Positions 1 through 15,513 of a stretch of DNA of 64,000 nt are shown piece by piece (the first letter of the stretch is position 1; every line of letters begins with the position of its first letter). The notes under the pieces are model-generated. The model saw only the letters and a list, made by a program, of their open reading frames with translations. It was not told where the DNA came from and made no database searches. The translations under genes and the position numbers were made by a program. The stretch is from the human T2T-CHM13v2.0 reference genome, Homo sapiens: the NCBI RefSeq assembly GCF_009914755.1, contig NC_060945.1; one strand, 5' to 3'.

Positions 1-5
1 TTGAG

Positions 6-49
<44 letters not shown>
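6..49 (+). repeat. (TATC)11 tetranucleotide microsatellite
   Basis: Perfect TATC array read directly from the sequence. Confidence 0.97.
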
Positions 50-91
50 CCTCAATGGAGGGGTCAATATTTTCCAGCTATGTATATATAG

Positions 92-487
92 TTGTTTAAA
101 TCCTAACCCTAAGTACCTGTGAATGTGACCTTACTGGGGAATAGGATCTTTGCAATGAGCAACTTAAAATGACGTCATTAGAGTGGGCCCTACTTTAGTA
201 CGAATGATGTCCTTTTATAAAAAGAAAATTTAGACACAGAGACAAACACAAATAGAAGAAAAATGATATAAAACACAGACAGAAAACCATCTAGAAGCCA
301 AGGAATGCCTCAAGGCACACAAAACTTGGAGGGAGGCATGGAACAGAATTTCCCTGGCAGCCCACAGAAGGAACCAGTCCTGGCCATGCCTTGATTTTGA
401 AATTCTTGCCTCCAGAACTGTGACTCAATTTGTGTTTAATTCACCCAGTTTATGATATTATGTTATTACAGGCCCCCAAAATTAATA
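92..487 (+). mobile_element. MaLR LTR, MLT1B/C-like; 5' end replaced or outside window
   Basis: Motifs tcctaaccct..gtacctgtgaatgtgacctta, gggccc, gccaaggaatgcc, ggcatggaacaga, ccttgatttt..cctccagaactgtga match the MLT1C-type LTR. Confidence 0.75.
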
Positions 488-882
488 TTATAGATAACCA
501 CCTGGAAGCTGTAATCTCTATACCTAAACCCAAGACAGACTATTACAAATCTCTGGACCTCTTCCCTTCAGGATTCATGAAAAGTAAATCATTAATTGGT
601 CTATGTATCAGCTTACAAGTACAGGTTTTTTAGTAGTTTATGATAAAATACTGGAGCTTTAAGTTTATGTCTTTAAAACATGGAAACAAATATAGGAAGT
701 ACTAAGAGAGTTAAGAACTTTTAAATGTTAAGGGGCTTTGAAGAAGTTTGTAGAAATAGAAATAACATATCATTAGAAGTATATAAATATAATATAAATA
801 TATTAATTAGAGCTAGAAGTAAGATTAGTAGACTAGCCTTCTTTATCAACCAAAAAATAAAAGTTCTATTCTTTTCATGAAG

Positions 883-1168
883 ACATAACAAAATATTCTT
901 TTTGATTATTTTATTTTTTTTTAGTTTCTTAGCATATTAAAATGTATTTATATATTAGCCATCCTCTATAATCTCATGTGTGGATATATTTAAGGAGATT
1001 TTTTAACCCAGACTTAATATAATATAATTTATTTTATTCTAGTATTATTTTAGCTTTGTTTTTTATATACAAATATTTGGTCTATGCATTTTATTTTAAT
1101 GTGAAGAACTGCATAGTTTTCTGAAAATGTTTACAAATGCTATAACTACTATCTCAGAGCACTCTTTA
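883..1168 (+). repeat. Diverged local duplication, copy A (partner 3148-3430)
   Basis: Collinear shared blocks aaatattcttttga, ctataatctcatgt, ttaacccagactt, aatttattttat, tagctttgtt, caaatatttg, ctgaaaat, ctactat. Confidence 0.9.
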
Positions 1169-2196
1169 CATTTGAGATTTCTCAATGGAGGGGTCAATAT
1201 TTTCCTAACACAGGTGAGAAAAAAAGAATGAGTATCATCAAATAAATTTCCATGTTCATGTAGATTTTATGGCAGATATTAGACTCAAATGCAGTACTAG
1301 ATGGCTCCAAACTACACAGTAATCTCAAGTTTGGTACAGTAGAAAGAATTAGTGTTAAAATATCTCCTTAGCTTTCCAAGAAAGTCAGGCTGACCATATG
1401 ATTTTGCAAGCCATCAGATTATCAGTTATTTTGGCATTAAATTATGTTTCCAGTTATGCATATGTAACTTCCAAGGTCCTTGACATTAGGAGTTAAATTA
1501 TAACTGCTATAAATAAATAATATGAAACAAATGCTTTTCATTTTCCAATTAAATTTGAATATATAATAAGGATTTCAAGTACCAGTGATTTTAATAACTG
1601 ATTAAATTTATCTCCCTGTTAGAAGAAACCACTATACCCATTCATTATATCCCAATTTCCTTTGAACATGTCTAGATGGTCAAGATGATTTAGCCAGAGG
1701 AAAAAACAATTAATAAATATTTTGGGCAAAATAAAAAAACAAACCCCCCACAGCAATGTGATGATGCCCCAGAGATAAGGATTCAAGAAGAATTTAGGGC
1801 AGGCAAGAATGGCAGGTCTGGGAGTCAGATGCAGGGGTCATTTAATGCAAAGCTGAAAGAGTTACAGAGGCCATAGAATTTAAATCTATGTCGGCCATGC
1901 ACAGTGCTGACCATTGTGAGGGGCACATAATATTTTGTCATTGTAGACGAAAAGGATAAGTCGTAATTTGCTTAGCTGATGTGATGCCACACTGGATCAT
2001 TACAAGGTCTTTAATTTTCAGCTATTAAAAAGCACTGGATCTTCTGCAATCTTGTTACATTTGCTGGAAGTTGAAACATTGAATAATATTCTAATTTATT
2101 TCTTATTAATTGTGTCCCCAGTTTGAATATGTAGTTTATAAGACTCTCAAAATTACAAACAGTGTTGCATATGTGTCTCTGCAAACTACTTGATAG

Positions 2197-2899
<703 letters not shown>

Positions 2900-3147
2900 A
2901 ATAAAGTTACATTTCTGTGAGAAAATTGTTTTACTTTACAACTTTCATCAAAATTATATGAATAATCTTGTTCATAAAATCTATATTACAATTTGATTTT
3001 CAAAATGTGTTTGGGCCATGAAGTATTTATTTTTGCTTTTGTGACTTGATGGTTTATCACATCTTTCTAGTCATATCAAGTTACTTTTTCTATATGTTTG
3101 TTAGCATTCTTACCATAGAAAGCACATTAATTGGCAGTTTATCACAT

Positions 3148-3430
3148 ACATAAAAATATTCTTTTGATTTTTTTAGTCTCTTAGAATATTAAAATATATT
3201 TATACATTAAGCATCCTTCTATAATCTCATGTTTGGATGTTACATTTTAGCAGGTTTAGTTAACCCAGACTTTACGTAATGTAATTTATTTTATCCAAAT
3301 ACTATTATAGCTTTGTTACTTATATGCAAATATTTGATCCTTCTGTGCATTTTGTTACAATGTGATGAATTCTATAGTTCTCTGAAAATTTTTACATATG
3401 CAATAGCTACTATATTAGAGGACTTATTTA
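3148..3430 (+). repeat. Diverged local duplication, copy B (partner 883-1168)
   Basis: Same collinear blocks as copy A. Confidence 0.9.
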
Positions 3431-3640
3431 TAATGCCTTTAACTCCTAGTAACTGATATATCATTATCTTCATTATCACAAAATATTCAGGAGTTGGTCT
3501 TTTGATAAAAACAAATTTCTGGTCATCTTTCTGCCCAATAGATAATACATTTTTTTCCTTAATCATATTTTGTTGTTTCTAAATTTTCACTAGACAATGT
3601 ACACTACATGGAATAATAACTAAATTAATTAAGAAAACAG

Positions 3641-4001
3641 TGTATTAGTTTGTTTTCAGGCTGCTGATAAAGACATACCTAAGAGTGGGTAATTTATAAA
3701 GAAAAAGAGGTTTCATGGTCTCACAGTTTTACGTGGTTGGGGAGGCCTCACGATCATGGCAGAAGAGAAAAACACATCTTACATGGTGGCATACAAGAGA
3801 GAATGAGAGCCAAGCAAAAGGGGAAACCCCTTATAAAACCATCAGGTCTCATGAGACTTAGTCACTACCACAAGAACAGTATGGGGGAAGCCACCCATAC
3901 GATTCAATTATCTCCCACCTGGTTCCTCCCTCAACACATGGGAATTATGGGAGCTACAATTCAAGATGAGATTTGGGTGGGGACATAGCCAAACCATATC
4001 A
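3641..4001 (-). mobile_element. THE1 (C-like) solo LTR
   Basis: tgtattagt...gccaaaccatatca termini; 5-bp TSD aacag/agcag (1 mismatch). Confidence 0.92.
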
Positions 4002-4094
4002 AGCAGTATTAACAGAATGAGAGATAAAAGAGATACACAAACCATGAAAAAAGCACCCTGCAGCACATAAACTTATACGTGTATGTTTTTGTGT

Positions 4095-4220
4095 TTATCA
4101 TCCCTTCTAAATTGTATACTCTTTAAGTGTTGAAATGTTGTCTTTTTCAATATTGTAGTTCGAGCATATAAGATAATGCTTGGTACATAATATGAACCTA
4201 ATAAACATTTATTGAATAAA
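4095..4220 (+). mobile_element. L2 3' end fragment
   Basis: aatgcttggtacataatatgaacctaataaacatttattgaataaa resembles the L2 terminus. Confidence 0.5.
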
Positions 4221-4946
4221 ATAATTTAAAAATATTTAAATAAATTTATGAACATTACAAATAACAGGCAGTGAAGGAAAGAGAGATTACAGGGAAGAAG
4301 CTGTATAATTCTAATAATAACATAAATATCAGTAACTGAATACCTTTTAAGCACGACGACCTATAGTTTGCATTTTACCTACTGAGTTCCTTCAAAGTGC
4401 AATGCATGTGCTTTTCATTTTAAATAATATATACATAGAATTCATATTTTTTATGTATTTATCACAACATTAATATTTATTATCATCTTCAATGCACAGT
4501 TGCTAAAACTACCACTTGAAAAAAAAAGCTTGTTAAGATTAAATGATTAGTAAATGGTAATCATTTACTAATCATAAAATTAAGTTTATATTTTCAAATC
4601 CTCTATAGCTAATTTACCCTGAATATCTCAATATGCAATTTAAATTGTTGGGCAAAACCCAACTTATCCCACTAGTCTACTTCCAATGAGAAAAAAAAAA
4701 AACAATTATTTAGCCATTCATGACACCTAAATCATCAGCAAACTAGTGATGTGTGATAAATAATTATTTGTGAGTGGATTATGAAGTCAAACTGGCTTTG
4801 GTTCCATTTCTTTTCTCCCATGCTGTGGGCCAATTCAAGTAGTATATTCTTTTTTCATTTTTGCCACAAACAATTGTTCCAAACTGAATGGATTACAAGA
4901 ACAAAAGAGTATTATCCTATAATTTTGTTGGTTGGAAATATGATCC

Positions 4947-5150
4947 CAGTCTCACTGAGCTAAAATTAAGGCATGGGTAGGGCTGCCTTATTATCTAGCA
5001 GCTACAGAGAATAATCTGTTTCTTTGTCTTTTTCACTTTCTAGAGACAACTTGTATTCCTTGGTTCATTACTCCATTCCTTTATCTTTAAAGCCATTAAT
5101 GACAAGGTGATTCCATTTCATTCTGTCATCTTTCTGGTTCTCCGCAGCTA
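4947..5150 (-). mobile_element. MLT1 LTR fragment
   Basis: gtctcactgagctaaaattaagg..aatctgtttctttgtctttttcactttctagag..attccttggttcat..tctttaaagcc. Confidence 0.55.
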
Positions 5151-6039
5151 GGAAAGCTATTCATGTAACTCATAGCTTGACATAACTTTCTTTCCTTGCC
5201 CAGTAATAAAAGTTAATGTCTGCATGGACATCATTGGCAATATGCAGAAAAGGTGCATGACAAGTCTTTATTCATGGAAGTTAAGCAGTTAAATCCATTG
5301 CTTAGATCTGGAGAAATTTTTAAGTTGGCGCTTATACCTGATAATAAAACATTTTAGTTTGGGGAAAATATGGCTTTTTCTTGGTTAGAACCTACCATAA
5401 AAGAAGAATAATCATGATCAGATGAACATAAAAAGAAGTTATTGGTTGGTGGTGCTCACTGCTGGAAATAATAAGCAATATCTGTCCAAGGCTATGAAGT
5501 AGAGAAATGAGGAGACGTTCGTTCAACAAGGCTGCAACAGCCACTCAAAGAATTCTTTTGTTCGTAGCAGCAGATGGGAACGCACACAGTCCTGAGTGCA
5601 TAAGCAATGTTTATTTGGGGCGATTAGAATACTTGGTGGCAGTTAGAGAGATACTTTTATATGTACTGGAATTCCCTTTTGGGCAAATGAGGTCAATTAG
5701 AATAATTTAAGTTACAGTCAAACATGGAGTATGAAATGTAATCTATTACACTGAGGGGGAATAGGTTAGATGCTTCCAAATGTGCAGGGATTTTTTTTTT
5801 CATAATGATCAGACTCAGGTTTAGCATGGATATTCTGTACATTAAATATGCTTGGAAAATCCTGCCATAGTGACCAGAGTTATTGCTGAGTAAATGCATA
5901 TGGGGAGATTTATTTGACACCTTTAAGTCCTGAAACTCAAATGATATTATCACGGAAGTAGAGGATGAAGAGTAGACAGATTATCTGAGCCATACAAATG
6001 ACAAAACACAGCATCCCTTAGGTCGTCATGCAAAAGTAA

Positions 6040-8342
6040 TGATATGGTTTGGCTGTGTTGCCATCCAAATCTCATCTCGAATTGTAGCTCCCATAATTTC
6101 CACCTGTTGGAAGAGGGACCTGGTGGGAGATAATTGAATCATGGGGATGGTTTCCCCCATACTGTTCTTGTGGTAGTTAATAAGTCTCACAAGATCTGAT
6201 GGTTTTATAAGGGGTTTCCCCTTTTGCTTGACTCTCATTCTCTCTTGTCTGCTGCCATGCTAGGTCGTGCCTTTCGCCTTCTGCCATGATCATGAGGCCT
6301 CCCCATCTACATGGAACTGTGAGCCTATTAAACCTCTTTTTCTTTAAAAATGACCCAGTCTCAGGTATGTCTTTATCAGCAGCATGAAAATGGACTAATA
6401 GAGTAAATTGGTACAGTTAGAGTGGAGTGCTGTTGTAAAGATGCTTGAAAATGTGGAAGTGACTTTGGAATTGTGTAACAGGCAGAGGTTCAAACAGTTT
6501 GCACAGCTCAGAAGAAAAACAGGAAAATGTGAAAAAGTTTGGAACTTCTTAGTCTCGTTGAATGGCTTTGATCAAAATGCTGATAATGATATGGACAATA
6601 AAATCCAGGTTGAGGTGGTCTCAGATGGATATAAGGAACTTGTTGGGAACTGGAGTAAAGATGACTCTTGCTATATTTTAGCAGAGACTGGCAGCATTTT
6701 GCCCCTGTCCTAGAGATTTGTGGAACTTTGAACTTGAGGGAGATGATTTAGGGTATCTGGGAGAAGAAATTTCTAAGCAGCAAAACACTCAAGAGGTGAC
6801 TTCAGAGTTATTAAAAGCATTCAGTTTTAAAGGGGAAATAAAGCATAAATGTTCAGAAATTTGCAGTCTGATAATGTGATATAAAAGAAAAATCCATTTT
6901 CAGAGGAGAAATTCAAGCTGGCTGAAGAAATTTACGTAAGTAACAAGGAGCCAAATGTTAATCACCAGGACAATGGTGGAAACGTCTTCAGGGCATGACA
7001 GAGGGCTTTGCTGCAGCCCCTCCTATCACAGGCCCAGAGGCCTAGGAGGAAAAAAAAAATGGTTTCCTTGGCCAGGCCCACGGTCCCACTGCTGTGTACA
7101 GCCTCAGGATATAGGACCCTGTATCCCATCTGCTTCAGCTCCAGCCATTTCTAAAATGGGCCAAGGTACAGCTCAGGCTGTTGCTTCAGAGGGTGCAAGC
7201 CCCAAACCTTGCCAGGTTCCATGTGGTGTTGAGCCTGTGGGTGCACAGAAGTCAAGAATTGAGGATTGGGAACCACCATCTAAATCTCTGAGGATATTGG
7301 AAAAAGCTGGATGTCCAGGCAGAAGTTTGCTCTAGGGGTGTTGTCCTCATGGAGAACCTCTGCTAGAGCATTGCAGAAGGGAAATGTGGGTTTCAAGCCC
7401 CCACACAGAGTCCCCACTGGGGCATTGCCTAGTGGAGCCATGAGAAGAGGACCCTCATCATCCAGACCCCAGAATGGTAGGTAGATCCCCAGCTTGCACC
7501 GTGCACCTGGAAAAGCCATAGACACTCAACACCAGCCTTTGAGAGCAGCCAAGAGGGAGGCTGTACACTACAAAGTCACAGGGCTGGAGCTGCTCTAGAT
7601 CCTGGGAACCCATCCCTTGTATCAGTGTGACCTGGATATGAGACATGGAGTCAAAGAAGATTATTTTGGAACTTTAAGATTTGACTGCCCTGCTGGATTT
7701 TGGACTTTCATGGGACCTGTATCTCCTTCATTTTGGCCAATTTCTCTCATTTGGAATGGCTGTATTTACCCAATGCCTGTACCCCAGTTGTATCTAGGAA
7801 GTAACTAACTTGCTTTTGATTTTACAAGCTCATAGGCAAAAGGGACTTGCCTTGTCTCAGATGAGATTTTGGAGTATAGACTTTTGAGTTAATGCTGAAA
7901 TGAGTTAAGACTTTGGGGGACTGTTGGGAAGGAATGATTGGTTTTGAAATGTAAGACCATGAGATTTGGGAGGGGCCGGGGTGGAATGATATGGTTTGGC
8001 TGTGTCCTGACCCATATCCCATCTTAAATTATCTTGAATTGTAGCTCTCACAATTCCCACATGCAATGGGAGGGACCCAGTGGGAGATAATGGAATCATG
8101 GCAGTAATTTCAACCTTACTGTTCTCAGGGTAGTGAATAAATCTCATGAGATCTGATGGTTCTGTAAGGAATTTCCCCTTTTACTTGGCTCTCATTTTCT
8201 CTTGTCTGCCACCATGTAAGATGTGCCTTTCACCTTCTGGCATGATTGTGAGCCTCCCCGCCTAGTGGAACTGTGAGTCCAATAAACCTCTTTTTCTTTA
8301 TAAATTACCCAGTTTCATGTATGTCTTTATCAGCAATGTAAA
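6040..8342 (+). mobile_element. Near full-length THE1 MaLR provirus (5' LTR 6040-6402, internal 6403-7986, 3' LTR 7987-~8342 lacking terminal bases)
   Basis: Two tgatatggtttggctgtgt LTR starts; internal region begins gtaaattggtac and ends in the purine tract ggaggggccggggtggaa; degenerate MaLR ORF peptide (KMLENVEVTLEL). Confidence 0.95.
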
Positions 8343-8409
8343 TTTGCAAAAGGAACCTCATAGATTTGATCTTCTCAGTAGAGGTCCATGGGCTTTATAA
8401 TTAAAGACT

Positions 8410-9860
<1,451 letters not shown>

Positions 9861-9911
9861 AAAGCATTACTATAACTATCAGCATAGTTGAAGAGATATG
9901 TGTCCTTTTAA

Positions 9912-10395
9912 AAATTCTTTAATTTTTAATTTTTGTGTATCCACATATATATGTATATGTATATATGTGTATGTGTATATATGGGGTATAGGACACATTC
10001 TGATACAGGCATAGGATGCATAATAATCACATCAGGGTAAATGGGGTAACCAGTACCTTGAACATTTATCTTTTTTTGTACTATAAACAATCCTATTATA
10101 ATCTTTTATTTATTTTAAAATGTACAATAAACTATTGATGACTGCAGTCATGCTGTTATGCTATCAAATATTAGATGTTATTCATTCTATCTAATTATAT
10201 TTTTGTACTCGTTAACCATCATCATTTCCTACCACCCCCACCACTAGGCTTCCCAGCCTCTGGTAACCATTATTCTACTCTCTATCTCTGTGAGTTCAAT
10301 TGTTTTACTTTTAGCTTTCACAAATGAGTGAGAACACATGAAGTTTGTCTTTCTGTGCCTGGCTTATTTTACTTAACATATGACTTCCAGTCCAT
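9912..10395 (-). mobile_element. L1MA 3' end, 5' truncated
   Basis: taataatcacatcagggtaaatgggg..cccagcctctggtaacc..tgagtgagaaca..ttgtctttctgtgcctggcttattt; diverged TSD gagatatgtgtcctttt / gagatggatgtcttt. Confidence 0.88.
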
Positions 10396-10664
10396 AGGAG
10401 ATGGATGTCTTTAAAATTCATAGCTTAAACAAAAGTTATCTGTAAAGAGTATCTTTGATTTTGAAAATGTTTACATTTATGACAGTATATGTGATCATAG
10501 GTTACAATAAATGAAAAATATTCATAAAATACTGGGCAAGAAAATTTTAGCAGATACAACATGATAGCATACAGAGAGGATCACGTGACTAAAAAATGGA
10601 AGTGGCAAAACTTATCAGTGCTGTGTTTGCTTAAAAACATTAAATGACTTTGACAGAATTTTAG

Positions 10665-10993
<329 letters not shown>

Positions 10994-13900
10994 TTATTTA
11001 ATAATCTAAGGTACTGGTATTTTTGTCTCATAACAATAATCTTATTTTATTGTAAAATAAATTACATAATATATGTGACAAATTAATGTTTTTGTATTTA
11101 TTCCCTTTTCACCAGCAGTTGATGCTTCATATATTTCAGCCATAGTATCTAGAACTCAGTATTGAATATGTGTTCATCCATCCCTTCAACTCCATATTCA
11201 GGAGCCATGTTTGAGTGCTGTATCTATCTATAGCATCTATCACAATAACTGATGCAGGGTAGATGTGGAACAGGAAATTTGAAATCTAAAACTATTGCTG
11301 AAACTTTATTTATTTTTTTTTAAAAAGATGCACCATGAAGTTCAATATGTCATAGAAACATAGAATCTTGTATAGTAAGAACTTTGACTTTTTGAAGTCC
11401 TAGGCTGATCATGATTCTCCTCAGTAAGCAACAACGTTGACATCCAGGTAATTACCGAAGTCTAGAACAAGAAGATGAGATGGATGGGAAAGATGTTAGT
11501 TAAATGGTCTATCCTAGGTAGGATAAATAAGAATCTCAGTCTATTTCATATTATGCTTGGGTTTTTAATTGAAAAATAAACATAAAGTCTCTTTTTAAAT
11601 TTCCTTGAAATGCAACATTTAATTAAAAATATGCGAACCTTTATAAATGTTATTTAATTCATAGACTATGTTTATGTTAGAAAATGGGATTTGTTAACAT
11701 GTTACACATTAATTTCATTAACCCCATTCATCATGATATAAATTGTTTCAGTTGTTTCCTAAAGAGAAACTCATATTTGATGTCTATTTTCTTTTATTTT
11801 TTTCTTTTCAATGGTATAAAAAAAGTTACATAGTGACTTTACCAATTTTAAATTCAAACCGAATACAAATTCTGGTTACATCAACATTAATGATCAATTA
11901 TAATTAATTAAATGAGAAAAATCAATGAATGGTGGCCATTAGTAAGCCAGTATCATTTTCAGTGTCTATTTTGAATTTTATTCCAGTTCCAACTGATATG
12001 GTTTTAGAAGTAAGTCCTTGATGACTCTATAGATCCTTAACTCTGATGACTTTATTTTTCTTAGTAGGAAGAATATGGCTTATAAAGAACTATGATTTAT
12101 ACTTTAATTGTAAATTCCACTTGCTCTGTTTATGGCGTTTTATTTTGGGTCAGGATAGTTCTCTATTCCATGACCTATTACCATTTAGTTTGTATTGCTG
12201 GCAAACAGTTTCCTATTTATAACACAAAACTATTTACTCCCTGGGGAGTGTTGACTCTCAGTTAAATTAACCACCGCTAAAGCAATTACCATTTTAAGGA
12301 GCCAAATCCCTTTTGAACAATTCCAATTATATTTGGAATCGAGCACCACAGGTTTTTAAACAATTATGTACAACATTGCCATGTATCCACAGTCTCCAAA
12401 AAATTAATTGACTAATAAATTAGGTAATTATTCATTTATAATATTTGATAATGCTGCTTTTTCCTTAGGAAACCATGGCTTCTTAATAAAGACTCTTAAA
12501 TGCCAGATGGACATCTGGGAGTGCCTTTATCTTATATTAGCCAACTCATTCTGTAATATTTAAGTCTCTTTCCTTAATACTCAAAAGCTTATTTCTTAAC
12601 CCTATACTCCAGTTTATTTTTGACTGACTCCCTTGGTGACTTGGCCATAGTAAAACTTGAGGTCCTTGGTTTGTTAATTCAGCTATTGTCTCCATGATGT
12701 CTTTTTACTTTGCTTTCTATCTCTTCATTACTCCTGCTTAACATTTGAGTCAATGCACTAGTTTTTCTGAAATATAATCCACAGCCATGCAATATATCAA
12801 TGTGATTATCTCTTTCATATTTCCTTTTTCATGACTGTATTTCTAATTTTCCTGAAGTACATCCCTACTGTTCCATTGAGGGGATAGTGATGGAAGAATT
12901 AAAATAGATATCTCAGGACAAAGTAGAATAAAATTTTAATATTTGAATCTAATATTTAATATAAATTTGTAAATCTACAATTAAAAATGTGTTTAAGAGT
13001 TAGGCCTATCTGCAGAGAAAAGGTGTTTAATTTTTTTTATTCTCCTCCTTTTGAAACATGTGATTGAATAAACCAGGTTATACAGCTATACTAAAAGTCA
13101 GAAGTCAGGAAATCGATAAACTCAATAGTGTCTGCTTGTTTCTACCGAATGATAAAAAGAATTCTGGAAAGAAAGTAAAGGCGTATTTCAAGGTTTATGT
13201 TTTCTTCCTTCAAAGGCCTAACCAGCAATGATTTCCAGAAAGGATAAAATTTTGCAGAGACAAGAGTGTAGAAAGACATGGTAGAGAAATAGCCCACCGT
13301 GGACCCGAGGGTTCAACCATGCTCTAGGATAACAAGAAATAGACAGAGATTCAAAAAATGTAGTGTCTCTAGCACTTGAGGGACCCTGAGGAGCAGTAAG
13401 CCCTGCCCATCTTCAGCCATGGAGATAAAGAAAACTAACACTGTTTGCAAACCTGCTTACCCTAGAGAAAAGGTATCACTCAGAAAGCATATGGAAAGAA
13501 TGCTGCAGTTGATTGTCCCCTCATCTTCTTCTGCTTGGAGGGAGAGAATAAGGAAAGACAAGAGGCCCATAAATTCATCAAAGGGGTTATTCTAAATGTC
13601 CTAATTTTCTGCCCAGAGTAAAATTACAAAGCAATTATGCAAAACTTGCAGTGCCTCTCTTCTGCAGTTTCTTTATTTTCCCTTTTCATTTTCTAAAGTA
13701 AAAGTTTGAATACCCTTTGAGCCGTCTTATTTTCTCAGTGTTTCACGGCATTACCGTTGCCTATGTGAATACACGATATTATAGACAATGATTATATTGA
13801 TCTCAATGGCAATAAAGTTTTAAAAGGTGAATTTTCTAAAATGCAATGGAATTTAGTTTATTAAAAAGAACATTCATAATCCATTTCTCATATTATATAT

Positions 13901-14300
13901 GTTTGGGACTTGTGGAAAATCACGTGTTATAATTATTCAAAAATATGTAGCAAAATACACATTGGGATTTTGTTGGCTATGTCTATAACATTATCAACCT
14001 TTATAATGTTAAATAAGCTCAGCTATTCTTAGAAAACCATACAAAAATGTAGAGCTTAATTTGTTAATACAAGATGAATACCTTTGTAATAACAACTTGG
14101 GACAAAAAATAGAAAACTCTACTCTGCCTAGCAGCCCAGAAGGCCTTCATGTGCCTCCTCCAATGTCTGTCCCCTTAGTCTCTCTAAAAGTAACAGCTAT
14201 TCTGAAATTATGGTAATCACTTCTCTTGTTTCCACATGGTTTTGTCATCCAAATGTGCATCTCTGAACACTATAGCTTAGTTTTCTTTAAAAAACACGTG

Positions 14301-14547
14301 CCAAGGCACGTGAATCACCTAAGGTCAGAAGTTCTAGACCAGCCTGGCCAACATGGTAAAACACTGTCTGTACTAAAAATACAAAATTTAGTCGGGCAAG
14401 TGGTGGGTGCCTGTAGTCCCAGCTACTCAGGAGGCTCAGGCAGGAGAATTGCCTAAACCCTGGAAGCAGAGGTTGCAGTGAGCCAAGATGGCACCACTGA
14501 ACCCCATCCTGGGTGAGAGAATGAGACTCCATCTCAAAAAAACAAAA
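14301..14547 (+). mobile_element. 5'-truncated Alu; local derivative of Alu 16128-16425
   Basis: Shares many private variants with the 16128 Alu; no clear TSD; palindrome at the 5' junction. Confidence 0.93.
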
Positions 14548-14781
14548 GTCTCTTAAAGCTGCAGATCTCCATACTTTCTTTCTCCCTTGAAGGACAGTGG
14601 TTGTTTGATTTGTTTAGACTCACACTGTCTTGAATTTGCTGATTGTTCACTCATAGAGCAATTTGACATGTTCCTCTGCCCTCTGTATTACCTTTAATCT
14701 GTCAGCTGGTCCCAGAAGTTTAGTAAGGTTACAGGTGATGTTTTCTTTCTCCAGGAGACACACATCAGGAGACACATATGA

Positions 14782-14803
14782 GTGTGTGTGTGTGTGTGTG
14801 TGT
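14782..14803 (+). repeat. (GT)11 microsatellite
   Basis: Direct read. Confidence 0.9.
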
Positions 14804-15419
14804 TTCGCTTAAAAAAATATTAGCAGCTGTTGTCAGATAGATCCCGTTATTTACTTGGGTTGTAGAGTAATATTTGAAGTCAGTGTGCTTTTATTTATTG
14901 GAGGAAATAGTCTTATAAAGAAGCAGTTTGATTTTCCAGGGGTACATTCATGTAGAGAAATAGATTTAATGTATGGTTATTTCTTATTATTGTTTCTATT
15001 TTAAAAACAAACTGTTTATTCTGATTTCCTCAGAAGGAGACGAGATATTTTTCAATCACCTTAAAATCATGGATTTAAATGTACACTATAGATTTAAATC
15101 CATGATCATACTTGTCCTTATTGAAGTGAATATTGTCTGTTTTTGTCCAGGGAGTCTACTATTTGATTGGCACAGAACTACATTGTCGTTGGTAACTTTC
15201 TTATTGCTTGCTGTTTTCAGAAGCAAAAGAAACTATTTTTTTTTTCATTTTCTGACCCATACATAAAGGCAAATATTTCTCCAAGAAGCCTCCATTACAT
15301 AAGTGGAAAATAGTATCGCTAGATTACAATCTGGTCTGGGTGTTAAGGATGCATATTGATTCCAGACTTGGTCATTTAGGTCTATTTGGTACACAAGGCA
15401 GAATAAAGGGATTATTGCT

Positions 15420-15465
15420 TGATAGGTAGGTAGGTAGGTAGGTAGGTAGATAGATAGATAGATAG

Positions 15466-15506
<41 letters not shown>

Positions 15507-15513
15507 GATAGAT
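15420..15513 (+). repeat. Compound (TAGG)n(TAGA)n microsatellite
   Basis: Direct read. Confidence 0.95.

Noticed and set aside
5160-6035. Possible ancient retroviral env/internal sequence (minus-strand NKRIL*VAVAALL resembles a cleavage/fusion-peptide junction)
   Set aside because: Single weak motif; could not extend the homology by eye.
6408-8147. Cluster of ORFs in the THE1 internal region
   Set aside because: Fragments of the decayed MaLR ORF and antisense shadows, mirrored in the MST copy; not a host gene.
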